64,000 nt of DNA, taken from Polyangiaceae bacterium (GTDB lineage: Bacteria; Myxococcota_A; Polyangia; Polyangiales; Polyangiaceae). This document shows, piece by piece, positions 39,538-48,822 of this stretch. Each line of letters begins with the position of its first letter. Positions within the stretch are counted from its first letter, which is position 1. Made by a program: the position numbers and the translations under genes. The notes beneath the pieces were generated by a model that was given only the letters and a program-made list of their open reading frames with translations, made no database searches and was not told the DNA's origin. The stretch covers positions 1 to 64,000 of the forward strand of contig JBILLK010000029.1 of the NCBI GenBank assembly GCA_044376115.1. Direction: 5' to 3'.

Positions 39538-40291
39538 ATGGATCTCAGGCTTGGGAGTGCTTTCACCGTTGCTGGGCTGCTGTTCGCTTGCGGTGAAAGC
39601 ATGCCCGCTGCGCCGGGCGGCAACGGCGGTGCTTCCAACACGAGCTCCGGCGGCTACGGTGGAAACGGCGGGGAGGAGTTACGGGGACCCGACGCAGCCT
39701 TTCTCCAGCGTTGGTGCGGGCGGATTGTATGAGCCTAGCTGCTTCGATGAAAGCAAGGCCGTTGGCCTTGGTCCGCTGATCGTGAAGACGGGCCAGGATC
39801 TGTGCACCCCGGAGATCATCGCCGAGTCCTTCACCGCTTGTGTCGACAGCGCAGCTGACGAGGCCATCTGCACCGCCTTCACCGATGCAAACCCAGGCTG
39901 CGCAGCCTGCCTCGGCCTCGGCGGCGGGGAACCAACAGGGATTCACCCTGTGGTACTCCAAGCCGGCATGATCAAGTTGGTCAACGACGCTGCTTGCCAT
40001 GCGGCTGCCCAAGACAAGCTGCGATGCGCTCAGCCAGTGGCCGACTATATGTTCTGCACATTCACCGCCTGTGGGGCGTGCGAGCTCGGAAGCTATGACT
40101 TGGGCGAATGCCTCGCTTTCGCTGAGGATAAATTCTGCCGAGGAATCTTCCCCTTTCCCGCGAATTGCTATTCGCTCATCGCGACCCAATACGAGGATGT
40201 TCCCCAGTGCACGGGTTCGGACTTCGTCTCGCTATACAACAATGTAGCGAACTACCTGTGCGGCCCAGCCATCGTCCCGCCGCCACCGTGA
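39538..40291 (+). pseudogene. Frameshifted Cys-rich lipoprotein (or sequencing error)
   Basis: Signal and lipobox (LLFAC) in one frame, Cys-rich body in the +1 frame; removing one G at 39670-39673 joins them. Confidence 0.7.
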
Positions 40292-40890
40292 TTGCTAGGA
40301 GCTTTGTAAGTTCCGTTGCTGCGGCTCTGCCACATCAAAAGCAGCAGCCACCCACCTAGCGCGAGCGCCCCAACCAGGGAAACGCCCGCAGCAAACTGGG
40401 TGACTTTGGCGAAGGTTTGCGCGTGATTGAGCAGGTGGGACTCGGTGAGCAGCGTCTCCCAGTCGTGCAACACCTCCTCGCCCAAACCAACGAGCGGCAA
40501 GTTCAAGCGATTCGCGTCATCGATGTAGACGGCCAGCTCGAATAGGCTCGTTGAAAGCCAGCCCATACAGACAGCCAGACCAAACCAATCGCGCTGACGG
40601 ACTAACAAGTAAACACCAGCCGCAATCGGAACGGCCAATTGCAGCAGGCTACCGCCGAGCAGCATCCACGTGCGCCCCAGTCCGGAAAAGAGCACATGCC
40701 CCAGCTCGTGAAATGCCAGGGTGATACCGGCAAACCACGAACGGTAATTGTCAGTAAAGCCCGCGAGCAGGTGCTCGACCCCAGCGTAGAGTAGATACAA
40801 CAGTAAGGGCAGCCGCAGCAGCGCGGAGCGGCCTTCGGCCCATTCTCGGGCATCCTCTCGCAACCCTTCCCAAAGCTCCGTGGCGGTCAT
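40252..40890 (-). CDS. Membrane protein with an HExxH motif (M50-like metalloprotease)
   Basis: FHELGH within a hydrophobic segment; LGGSLLQ; HDW. Confidence 0.7.
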   Translation of the reverse strand: MTATELWEGLREDAREWAEGRSALLRLPLLLYLLYAGVEHLLAGFTDNYRSWFAGITLAFHELGHVLFSGLGRTWMLLGGSLLQLAVPIAAGVYLLVRQRDWFGLAVCMGWLSTSLFELAVYIDDANRLNLPLVGLGEEVLHDWETLLTESHLLNHAQTFAKVTQFAAGVSLVGALALGGWLLLLMWQSRSNGTYKAPSNHGGGGTMAGPHR

Positions 40891-40991
40891 CGCGCGCTAC
40901 GTTGCACGTTGCCTGCCAAGACCGGGTTGGGCGGTTGCAAGGTCAAAACCGCCGGGCTAGATGGGCAACCAGCGCGTTTCGGTAGCGCTGC

Positions 40992-41011
40992 CTGTTGGCT
41001 CGAGCCAACAG
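40992..41011. repeat. Perfect 20-bp palindrome
   Basis: CTGTTGGCTCGAGCCAACAG equals its own reverse complement; intergenic. Confidence 0.8.
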
Positions 41012-41035
41012 CTGAGTGCGCAAGCCAACGGGCTG

Positions 41036-41289
41036 CTACTTCCTCAACCGGTAAAGGCGCCCGTCCAAGTCGGTGGTGAAGAAGAGGAATTGCTCATTGC
41101 CAGCCAGCACATCAGCGAACGGAGGGACGACAGCCCGGTCGAGGTGCTCTTGCCGTCCAAACTGACTCGCCACAAGGTCTGTTTTCCCCACTCGCTAAAG
41201 TAGAGATGGCTCTCATCCGCGTGGATTGAACCTGGGCTCACGTCTGCGAGGACCTCGCTGACCTCCTCGGTCGGCGCCTCCGGAGCCAA
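41036..41289 (-). pseudogene. Remnant of a beta-propeller protein C-terminus
   Basis: IHADESHLYFSE...LWRVSLDG in one frame, then ...NEQFLFFTT..GRLYRLRK-stop in another; no credible start. Confidence 0.55.
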
Positions 41290-41337
41290 CGTAGGCCGCG
41301 TTGCTTTGCGCTGGCCTCTCGCCGATGATGCTTAACG

Positions 41338-42090
41338 ATGAACTTTCTTCGCCTTCCGTTCCAACTCTTCGTTGCTGCGGCGCTCGGTTGTGGCGCTAAC
41401 GTTCAACTTGAGGATGGCGCCGCGTCCGATTCGGGGGGTGGGCCTGGGCAAGGCGCCGGGCCGGGCCAAGGCGCTGGGCCCGATCAAGGCGCTGGACCTG
41501 GCCAGGGCGCTGGGCCCGGTCAAGGTGCGGGGCCGGGCCAGGGGGGATTTGGTGCGGGCAACGTTGGCGGCGGAGGCGCTGCGGAAGGCGGCTTTGGCGG
41601 CGGAGGCGCTGGGCAGGGTGGTGCAACGCCGTGTGAGGCTAATTGCGCAGCGGATTGCCCGATATTGTTTACCCCAGGGCCAGAGTGCGTTGCGGAATGC
41701 GACGCGGCTTATGAAGGGCCGTTTTGCGTAGGTCTTCACGTCGACCTGATGCTCTGCTTGCAACCGTACCTCGACGAGCAATGCCGCCTACCTGTCGCGG
41801 CAGAGGAGTGCAAGCTCGAGACCATCAAGTATTTGTATTGCTCCGGCTCCCTCTATTGCGAACCCACCTCCTACGAGTGGAATGAGACTGGCACGGAGTG
41901 TTGGGGAACCGGCAACTGCCCCTTCGATACCGCCATTGGCTCGCATTGCGTCCTAGAGGACAGCGGCGAGGTTGTCTGTGAGTGCACCCGCAATGACGAG
42001 TTCATTGGAACCTGTCAGCCTTACCAGCCGATCGTGAACTGTTACGCTGATTCAAGCTGCTGTACCATATTGGCCTTCGAGCAGCCCTGA
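41338..42090 (+). CDS. Cys-rich lipoprotein with GPGQGA repeats
   Basis: Lipobox ALGC; many Cys; ends CEC...GTC...C..DSSCC. Confidence 0.8.
   Translation: MNFLRLPFQLFVAAALGCGANVQLEDGAASDSGGGPGQGAGPGQGAGPDQGAGPGQGAGPGQGAGPGQGGFGAGNVGGGGAAEGGFGGGGAGQGGATPCEANCAADCPILFTPGPECVAECDAAYEGPFCVGLHVDLMLCLQPYLDEQCRLPVAAEECKLETIKYLYCSGSLYCEPTSYEWNETGTECWGTGNCPFDTAIGSHCVLEDSGEVVCECTRNDEFIGTCQPYQPIVNCYADSSCCTILAFEQP
41440..41547 (+). repeat. Coding tandem repeat, 6 x 18 bp (GP[G/D]QG[A/G])
   Basis: Visible in DNA and protein; synonymous variation between units. Confidence 0.85.
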
Positions 42091-42117
42091 AGCAGCCTCA
42101 GGCCACCGTTAGCTAAT

Positions 42118-42231
42118 TATCTATCCACTACGCAACGTGGCCCATCACCCCTGGCCACGAGCACCGCCTGGACGTGGCACCGTCCGGACGGCGGCTCGGT
42201 CTTCTCACTACGAAGCCGTCACGGATAGATA
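42118..42231. repeat. Intergenic element with 9-bp terminal inverted repeats
   Basis: TATCTATCC / GGATAGATA flank an inner GACGGC/GCCGTC stem. Confidence 0.4.
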
Positions 42232-42236
42232 GGCCC

Positions 42237-42917
42237 ATGAGTTCGAACAAGCGGACGAGGCAAGCTTGGAGCACGCTCGTAGCCATCCTTGTGACCGGCT
42301 GCGGCGCCGAGGTCGCGCTGATTGATGACGACGGGAGTGCATCCTCGGACGGCACGGGCGCCGGTTCGGCGGCTGGTGGCGCAAGCTCGGTGGGCGGCGG
42401 AGCCGCAGAGTACGATCTGCAGGCGGGCTGCGCCGAGGTCTGCAGTCAGCCATGCGTGGGGTCACCAACGCTCTGCACCGAAGAGTGTATGAAGTACGCC
42501 ACGCCCGGCTGCCCGCGGGAATCGGTGGAGCGCCATGCTTGCTACATGAGCTACTGCGTCGGGGCGCAAGACTGCACCGCCCAAGAAGATGCGGCGTTCG
42601 CCTGCGCCCGTCGCGGCGGCTGCGAAGACCCTAAGGTAGATGGCCAGTTCGGCCCCGAAGACGCTTGTGAGTCAGCCTACGGCAGCACCTGCGACGAGAC
42701 GGGGTGCACCAGCCTGGACGCCTGTGAGTGCTCCGGGACCTGCCTTGACCGCCACTCTGCGACTGTTTCTTGCGAGATCGATTGGGCCGCCGATCAAGGG
42801 GAACGCTTCAACTGTAAGTGCTTCTTCGACGGCGAGTTGGTCGGCGAGTGTTTTGACTGGTCGGAGACCTGCCTGGTCGATTCGTCCTGCTGCCGAGGCT
42901 GGTTCGCCGCCGATTGA
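42237..42917 (+). CDS. Cys-rich lipoprotein, paralog of 41338-42090
   Basis: Lipobox VTGC; CGA.V start; CKC...GEC...C..DSSCC end. Confidence 0.8.
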   Translation: MSSNKRTRQAWSTLVAILVTGCGAEVALIDDDGSASSDGTGAGSAAGGASSVGGGAAEYDLQAGCAEVCSQPCVGSPTLCTEECMKYATPGCPRESVERHACYMSYCVGAQDCTAQEDAAFACARRGGCEDPKVDGQFGPEDACESAYGSTCDETGCTSLDACECSGTCLDRHSATVSCEIDWAADQGERFNCKCFFDGELVGECFDWSETCLVDSSCCRGWFAAD

Positions 42918-42929
42918 GTTAATGCGCTA

Positions 42930-44561
42930 TCAAGGCACGCCCTCCCACGGGTCGTTGGTGCCGAATAGAGCGTTCGATAGCGCGGCCGGCGGAGCCAACT
43001 CGAGCGGCGCAACCTGATCGGTGCAGGAGCTATCGATCGTAGCCGTCGGGTTGGCGATGAACTGCGAGAAGAGCTGATTGGCGCAGCTCGGTCCACCGCC
43101 GACGCTGGGCGCTTGGAAGGTGCCGTGCGGGGCACGCGGGATCGTGACGTAGGTCTGATTGGGACCGGTGAACGGCGCGATCGCGGCGTCGGAGACCTCT
43201 TGCGGGATGAAGTCGAACTCACCGTGCATCGAGAGGATCGGAGTGCTCGTCCCGGCCGAAACTCCGAAGTACTCATCGAGCGGGTAACGCGGCCAGTCCG
43301 GCGCCATCGAGGCAAACACCTCGGGCAGGCTCTGCACCACATTGGCGGTATCGCGGAAGGCGCTGAGCTCGGCCACCGTGGGAGCAGGATCGTTCCACAG
43401 CTCACTTAGCTGGATATTGGCGCTCAGCATCAATGAGAAGTAGCGCTGGCTGGCGGTGGCTGGAGCTGGCTGGCTAATAGCCGTCGCGAAGTTCTCATAA
43501 GCCGCTATGTCGGCCTCGCTGCAGCGGTTCAGGCGGTAGACCATCGGCGGTAAGAACGGACGCAGATCCCAGCGGTAAAAGAAGGACCCCCAGATCTGCT
43601 GCAAGAAGCGCCGGTCAAAACCGAGCGCCTCAATCTCCGGGCAGGCCCCCGCGTCGAAGTCGTTCAACGTCTGAGTCATCGTGGCCCACGGATCGGCGCC
43701 CAACTTCTGCGAGCAGACGCTATCGGCGCCGCAGCGGTCCATGAAGTCGTGACCAAGCTCGTTCATCCAAACGTCGAGCAAGTCGAGCTCCCCGCCCATC
43801 GCCGGCGCATCCAAGATCACGCCGGTCTCTTGACCGGGATAGAGCACCATCAAGCGATTGGCCCAGATGGTCCCATAGGAGCCGCCATACACAAGGATGT
43901 CGTCCTCGGGGCGCTTGGTAGCCTCGATGAACTCACCGACGTCGCGAGCTGCGTTGGTGATGGTAAAGCCCTTCAGCCCCTCGCCCCAGGTATCGATCAG
44001 CTCGTCCACGCAGCCGGGTAACTCTGCTTGCGAGAGGTTGAAACCACCTTCACTCTCATCGCTCTCATACGTCGGGCAGCCGAGCCGGCTGGAGCGGCCA
44101 GTCCCGCGGTGATCCGGCAGGTAGAGGTCGATGGTCTGCGCCTTGGTGAAGTTGTCGTAGTCAGCGCCCGAGTAGCCAGGCCCGCCGTTGAGAAACCAAA
44201 GCTGGCCGCGGCTCGGCTGCATCACCGCCGGCAAACGCTTGACGAAGAAGTCGATCTTCGGGCCGTCCGGATCGGACCAGTCGAGCGGGACTTTGATGGT
44301 TGCACACTCGGCGCCGCCTCCGAAGCTCTCGTCGCTCGAGACCGGGCACGGCGACCAGTTGACAGCGCCCGCACCGCCCTCCCCGCCGTTACCACCCGCG
44401 CCGAGACCGCCGCTCCCGCCTGTGTCGTTTCCGCCTGCTGGCTCCCCGCCCGACCCACCGCCGCCCGAGGTCGCCCCGCCAGTAACGCCGCTATCATCAC
44501 CGCAGGCCGCCAATACCAAAAGGGCGCTCGCCCATCCCATCAAGCTCGAAAAGCTCCGCAT
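42930..44561 (-). CDS. Alpha/beta-hydrolase lipoprotein (TAP-like peptidase)
   Basis: VPLDW, LNGGPG, DHRGTGRS, YGGSYGT, late Asp and His. Confidence 0.88.
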   Translation of the reverse strand: MRSFSSLMGWASALLVLAACGDDSGVTGGATSGGGGSGGEPAGGNDTGGSGGLGAGGNGGEGGAGAVNWSPCPVSSDESFGGGAECATIKVPLDWSDPDGPKIDFFVKRLPAVMQPSRGQLWFLNGGPGYSGADYDNFTKAQTIDLYLPDHRGTGRSSRLGCPTYESDESEGGFNLSQAELPGCVDELIDTWGEGLKGFTITNAARDVGEFIEATKRPEDDILVYGGSYGTIWANRLMVLYPGQETGVILDAPAMGGELDLLDVWMNELGHDFMDRCGADSVCSQKLGADPWATMTQTLNDFDAGACPEIEALGFDRRFLQQIWGSFFYRWDLRPFLPPMVYRLNRCSEADIAAYENFATAISQPAPATASQRYFSLMLSANIQLSELWNDPAPTVAELSAFRDTANVVQSLPEVFASMAPDWPRYPLDEYFGVSAGTSTPILSMHGEFDFIPQEVSDAAIAPFTGPNQTYVTIPRAPHGTFQAPSVGGGPSCANQLFSQFIANPTATIDSSCTDQVAPLELAPPAALSNALFGTNDPWEGVP

Positions 44562-44663
44562 CGTCGTGTCTCCTCGAGAGAGGGCTCCCGCTCGCTGGCC
44601 GTTGTGAGCGAAAGCCGGCGAGCTTTGAGGCGTTCTGAGGTGGTCCTCGGCTAGGCTGCGCGA

Positions 44664-45257
44664 GTGGGCGGCGAGGCGGCGGTGGACCGAGCTGAGGTCG
44701 AGGCGAAGGTCCTAGCGAGTCTGGGCGCCGGCGATTTCAGCGTGGCCGCAGGCCAGATCGTGCGCGGCTTTGGGGCCGAGCTTTACGGCTGGCTTTCGGC
44801 GGTGCTCGGGCCGAGCGATGCGGCCGACGTGTTTGGCGCCTTCGAGGAGGAGCTGTTGCGCTCGCTGCCAAGCTTTCGCGCGGAGACCTCGGCGCGCAGT
44901 TGGAGCTACTTGATCGCCAAGAGCTGCGCACGAAAGCACGCTCGCAGCGAACTGCGCCGCAGGCTGCGCATGACCCCGCTCGACAACCACTCATCGGTGC
45001 TCGAACGCGCAACACCAAGCGCCTCTTCCAACCAGGCCAGCACCCTCGACCGCCTCCGACAGTTCCGCGCAGCCTTGCCACAAGACGACCAGGACCTGCT
45101 GATTCTACGCGTGGATCGCGGCTTCTCCTTCAACGAGGTCGCCGGCATCTTGCTAGGCGAGCGCGCGACGGCGCAACAAATCGAGCGCGAAAGCGCCCGC
45201 TTGCGCAAGCGGCTCGAGGCGATCCGCAAGGCCGCACGGCTCGAGCTTGGGGCCTAG
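44664..45257 (+). CDS. ECF-type RNA polymerase sigma factor
   Basis: Region 2 (SFRAETSARSWSYLIA) and region 4 (LP.DDQDLLILRVDRGFSFNEVA). Confidence 0.85.
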   Translation: MGGEAAVDRAEVEAKVLASLGAGDFSVAAGQIVRGFGAELYGWLSAVLGPSDAADVFGAFEEELLRSLPSFRAETSARSWSYLIAKSCARKHARSELRRRLRMTPLDNHSSVLERATPSASSNQASTLDRLRQFRAALPQDDQDLLILRVDRGFSFNEVAGILLGERATAQQIERESARLRKRLEAIRKAARLELGA

Positions 45258-46137
45258 CTTGCGAGACGGTGCTGAGGCGAGACTTTCAGCTAGTCGGCTG
45301 GGGTCAGCGCTGTCCTCGGACGTCGCCGTCATCGCGATCGTTCGCTTTCGAGCGACCACGTTGCAGTCGCTTGGTCGCGCTGGGGTCGAGGCAGTCACGG
45401 ACGCGCTCTTGCACGGCGACCACCCGACGGTCGATTCAGAGCGCGACCAAAGGCCACCAGGCCTAGTGTTGTCGGCCGTCAACCATGCCGGTGAGCAGCT
45501 CGGGCAGGTGCAGATTCACCCTGCCGCACCAGACCTTGAAGGGTTCCTCGCCGAGGTCGCGCTCAACGCAGCCGAGCGGGTTGGCTGCCAAGTCGAGCTC
45601 CGCGCGGGGCAACTGCCACTCGAACGGTTAACGACGCGTGCGCCGAGCGACGCAAACGCCACCGACGTTGAGCAGGCCTTCGCTGGACTCGACGTGAAGC
45701 TTACGCGCGAAGGAGAAACCCTTCGGCTCTGCCGTGAGACGCCCGCAAGCCGTCACCCTGCAGTGATGCTCGGCGTACTGCTGCTCGCAGCGGCGTTCTG
45801 GTGGTTGGTGCTTGCTGGCTTGCTGCTTCGGAGCGGTCGAGAGCTAGTCTTCGACGTAGCACGCCGTACCTTTCGACGGCGACCGTTTCGCTGGCAAGCC
45901 ACGCTCAGTTCGCGGGAGCTTGAGTTGACCGATGACGAAGCAAAGCCGCTCGTCGTTCCGCTCGAGCGGGTTCGGGCCGTGAGCCTCGCGCCCCCCGCAT
46001 GGAATGCCCAGGAGATGAGCCAGCCAAGCGTATTGCGGTTACTCGTCGACGGAACCTTCATTGAGCTTCCAGTGCCCGAAGAGCTTCGTTCGGCGCTGGC
46101 CGAAGTGGTTCGCCGCAAACTCTCACCCTCGAAGTAG
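45247..46137 (+). CDS. Hypothetical membrane protein
   Basis: Long ORF with a central hydrophobic segment; start uncertain. Confidence 0.6.
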   Translation: MGPSLRDGAEARLSASRLGSALSSDVAVIAIVRFRATTLQSLGRAGVEAVTDALLHGDHPTVDSERDQRPPGLVLSAVNHAGEQLGQVQIHPAAPDLEGFLAEVALNAAERVGCQVELRAGQLPLERLTTRAPSDANATDVEQAFAGLDVKLTREGETLRLCRETPASRHPAVMLGVLLLAAAFWWLVLAGLLLRSGRELVFDVARRTFRRRPFRWQATLSSRELELTDDEAKPLVVPLERVRAVSLAPPAWNAQEMSQPSVLRLLVDGTFIELPVPEELRSALAEVVRRKLSPSK

Positions 46138-46184
46138 ATCAGGTCCTGACCGTAGTCGGCCGCCATCGACAACTTCGGCGCCAG

Positions 46185-46241
46185 CGTCTTTCCCCACGGA
46201 GCTAGTACGTTGCGCTGCGTGCCTACGCGGCGGGAATGACG
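46185..46241. repeat. REP-like hairpin
   Basis: CGTCTTTCCC ... GGGAATGACG (one mismatch), intergenic. Confidence 0.45.
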
Positions 46242-46382
46242 GCCAGGCCGAAGGCAAAGCCGAGAATACCCGCGCGGCTGCTCTGTTTCACGCTCAGAAG
46301 GCTAGCGTCGATCAGCCTTGCTTCGCCAAATCAGCGACAAAAGCGGCGGCGAAGCCCTTGATCCCCAGTTATCGTTCAAAGC

Positions 46383-47087
46383 ATGCGGCTCATCGTGGCT
46401 CTTGGGTTTTCGCTGGGTGCTCTTTCGCTCGGAGCCGACGCTCAAGACGCGCAGGCTTGCGGCAACGCGGTCGAGGGCATCAATCCCCTCGCCGTCGCGG
46501 TGGCCAACATTGAACGCCAGGTCGACACCGGCCAGCTGTCCGAGGCGGCCCTCGCCATGCGCTCGGCCTTGCCCAAGCCGCCCAAGGTCGAAAGCTACCT
46601 CGATCAACGCTTGCTGCTGCTTTCCGCCTTGGGCGTGGCGCGTTCACGCGGGGAGCTCTCACTGCTTCATTCCAAGCTCACTCCTGAGGCCGATTCGCCC
46701 GCTGCGCGGATGAACGAGGCACTCGCGTTATTGGAGACGCGAGCTAAGCGCATCAACGCCGAATTCGAGGACAAGGGCTGGCTGGCCGAGGGGCTTGCGG
46801 CCATCCCCGGTCGCGGCTTCGAGGCGAAGGAACTTCTCGGCGAAATGGAAGCCAACGGCGTGATGCGGTCGGCGTGGGGCTTTGCAGCGCTCTCGAGGTT
46901 GCGGCGTGCGCCCGACACCAAGGCTCCGGCGGCTGTGGTCGGGCCACTGGTAGCGTTGGAAGCAGCGCGCGCGCAGCTAAGTGATTCACGCTGCGCGCGC
47001 ATGTCGCTGGCGCCGAAGCGGGTCTGCGGCGTGGAGCGTGACGCACGGCTCGCCTCCCCCGCTGCGCTCGCGGCCGGCGGCAATTGA
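46383..47087 (+). CDS. Hypothetical secreted protein
   Basis: Signal peptide ending AQA-C; helical body. Confidence 0.75.
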   Translation: MRLIVALGFSLGALSLGADAQDAQACGNAVEGINPLAVAVANIERQVDTGQLSEAALAMRSALPKPPKVESYLDQRLLLLSALGVARSRGELSLLHSKLTPEADSPAARMNEALALLETRAKRINAEFEDKGWLAEGLAAIPGRGFEAKELLGEMEANGVMRSAWGFAALSRLRRAPDTKAPAAVVGPLVALEAARAQLSDSRCARMSLAPKRVCGVERDARLASPAALAAGGN

Positions 47088-47116
47088 GCGGTCGCCCACT
47101 GCAAGACGTCACGCGG

Positions 47117-47536
47117 TCAGCGCGCTAGAGCCACCAAACACTTTTGAAACGGCGCACACGCCGTCTCACTCAAACAGCGTTGCGCCGCCTCCAAGGTCGC
47201 TTGGCTGGCCGCATCCAGCGGGGAGCCGTTGCACTGCTTGAGACAGCTGGCCTCGGTCTCGGGCGCTAGCTTCTGCGCGCTCGCCACGACCGCCGCGTCC
47301 ACCCGGTCTCCCTTGACAGCCAGCGCCTGAGCAGCCTCCAGACCGCAGCGCGTTGAACGCTCGCACACGGAGCTGCAATAGCCCTTCAGATCGAACGGCG
47401 GAGCCGACGCGATAGCCGAGATCGAGGGCTGGGGAGCAGCTGCGGCGGCGCTAGCGGGCGAGCTCGCCGCGCCGTTTGAAGGCTCTTGTGAACTGCAGGC
47501 GACTACCAGCAGCAGTAGTGCGACGCGCGTCAGCAC
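47117..47536 (-). CDS. Small Cys-rich lipoprotein
   Basis: Lipobox VVAC; C...C....C and C..F..CL pattern; GTG start. Confidence 0.7.
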   Translation of the reverse strand: MLTRVALLLLVVACSSQEPSNGAASSPASAAAAAPQPSISAIASAPPFDLKGYCSSVCERSTRCGLEAAQALAVKGDRVDAAVVASAQKLAPETEASCLKQCNGSPLDAASQATLEAAQRCLSETACAPFQKCLVALAR

Positions 47537-48717
47537 GCCGTCGCCTTGCGTTGGCGCCGCCGCATAACCGCGAGCGCCGCGAGCCCAAGCAACAAGCCAA
47601 ACGGCGAGCTCCCGACCTTGCGGTCGAGAGCGCAATCGCAGCCTTCGCCGCTCTCTTCACCCTCACTTTCGCCGGTCTCCCCGCCAGCGCCTTCACCGCC
47701 AGCACCGTCGCCGCCTTGCCCCTCGCTGCAATCGGGATCGCTCGCGCACGCTTCGTTGCAATCACCGTCCGCGATGCACACCGGACAGTCCGTGTCGGGC
47801 ACTGGGCAGTCTTCGACGCAGGTGCCTTCGGCGGCGCATTGCGGATCACAATCGGGATCGCTAGCGACATCGGGACAAGCGCTAGTGCAAAAACCGTCTT
47901 CGGCGCACGGGCAATCCGGGTCCGGGCTGGCGCAACCACTGGCGCAACCATCCCCCGCATTGCAACTCACGCCAGCATCGATGAACGGTTGTACGAAGCT
48001 CGCGACGTGGCTCTGCACGACCTCGTCGAGCATGATGGTTTGGCAGTCGCTGCGCGTATGGATGCCGACGAACTTCTCCACACCGCCGTCGTTCCAGAGG
48101 GCCGTCCCCCCGGAGTCCCCGTTGCAGGTGCCCGAGGGCGCGAGCTCCATCGAAAAGACGCTACCGAAGCGTTCGGCGATGGTGGCCTGAGCGACGCGTT
48201 TGACGCCGCCGCCTCCACCGTTGGCCTGCGTGAGACCGAAGCCGACCAGCGTGAGCTCCGTGCCGATGGCCGGCAAATCCGCTATTGGGACGGGCGCAAC
48301 CGGCGCTGCCTCCTGCAACCGTAAAACCGCGATGTCATTCTCTGGTGCCTGCAGCGACGTATCCCAGTTGGGGTGACCAAGCCCATCCTCGAGTGGGATG
48401 AACACGCCACCGGCGCTCACGTCAGAGCCGAAGAACACCTCCACGACCTCCCACTGCACACCGCCGATCTCCGGGGAGATGCAGTGAGCCGCGGTCACCA
48501 CCACCGTAGGCGTCACCAAGGTCCCACTACAAAAAGGCTGGCCGGCTACCGTCAGCGCCACCGAGGCCGGATGTGCTGCGTCCAACTGACCGTTGACGAT
48601 CGGCTGGTGCTCTAGCTCCACCGCCTCCTCCCGAGCGCCGTTCGACTCCACCTCACAACCGATGAGCGAGAGGAGAGCAACTGCGCAGACCAGCGAAGGC
48701 TTCATGGCCAGCAGCAT
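47530..48717 (-). CDS. Trypsin-like (S1) serine protease with Cys-rich repeats and a MYXO-CTERM-type sorting signal
   Basis: IVNG, CSGTL, TAAHC, NDIA, CNGDSGG; C-terminal GCDC...TM...RRRQRK. Confidence 0.9.
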   Translation of the reverse strand: MLLAMKPSLVCAVALLSLIGCEVESNGAREEAVELEHQPIVNGQLDAAHPASVALTVAGQPFCSGTLVTPTVVVTAAHCISPEIGGVQWEVVEVFFGSDVSAGGVFIPLEDGLGHPNWDTSLQAPENDIAVLRLQEAAPVAPVPIADLPAIGTELTLVGFGLTQANGGGGGVKRVAQATIAERFGSVFSMELAPSGTCNGDSGGTALWNDGGVEKFVGIHTRSDCQTIMLDEVVQSHVASFVQPFIDAGVSCNAGDGCASGCASPDPDCPCAEDGFCTSACPDVASDPDCDPQCAAEGTCVEDCPVPDTDCPVCIADGDCNEACASDPDCSEGQGGDGAGGEGAGGETGESEGEESGEGCDCALDRKVGSSPFGLLLGLAALAVMRRRQRKATAC

Positions 48718-48822
48718 GCAACCAAACCAACGAGCCGTTCAAGAGCTTCCCCGTCACGGAAAGGCCCGATCGTAGCAACCTGCGACGAGACGGCCGCGCT
48801 GCGCGCGCTACGCTGGTGAGCG

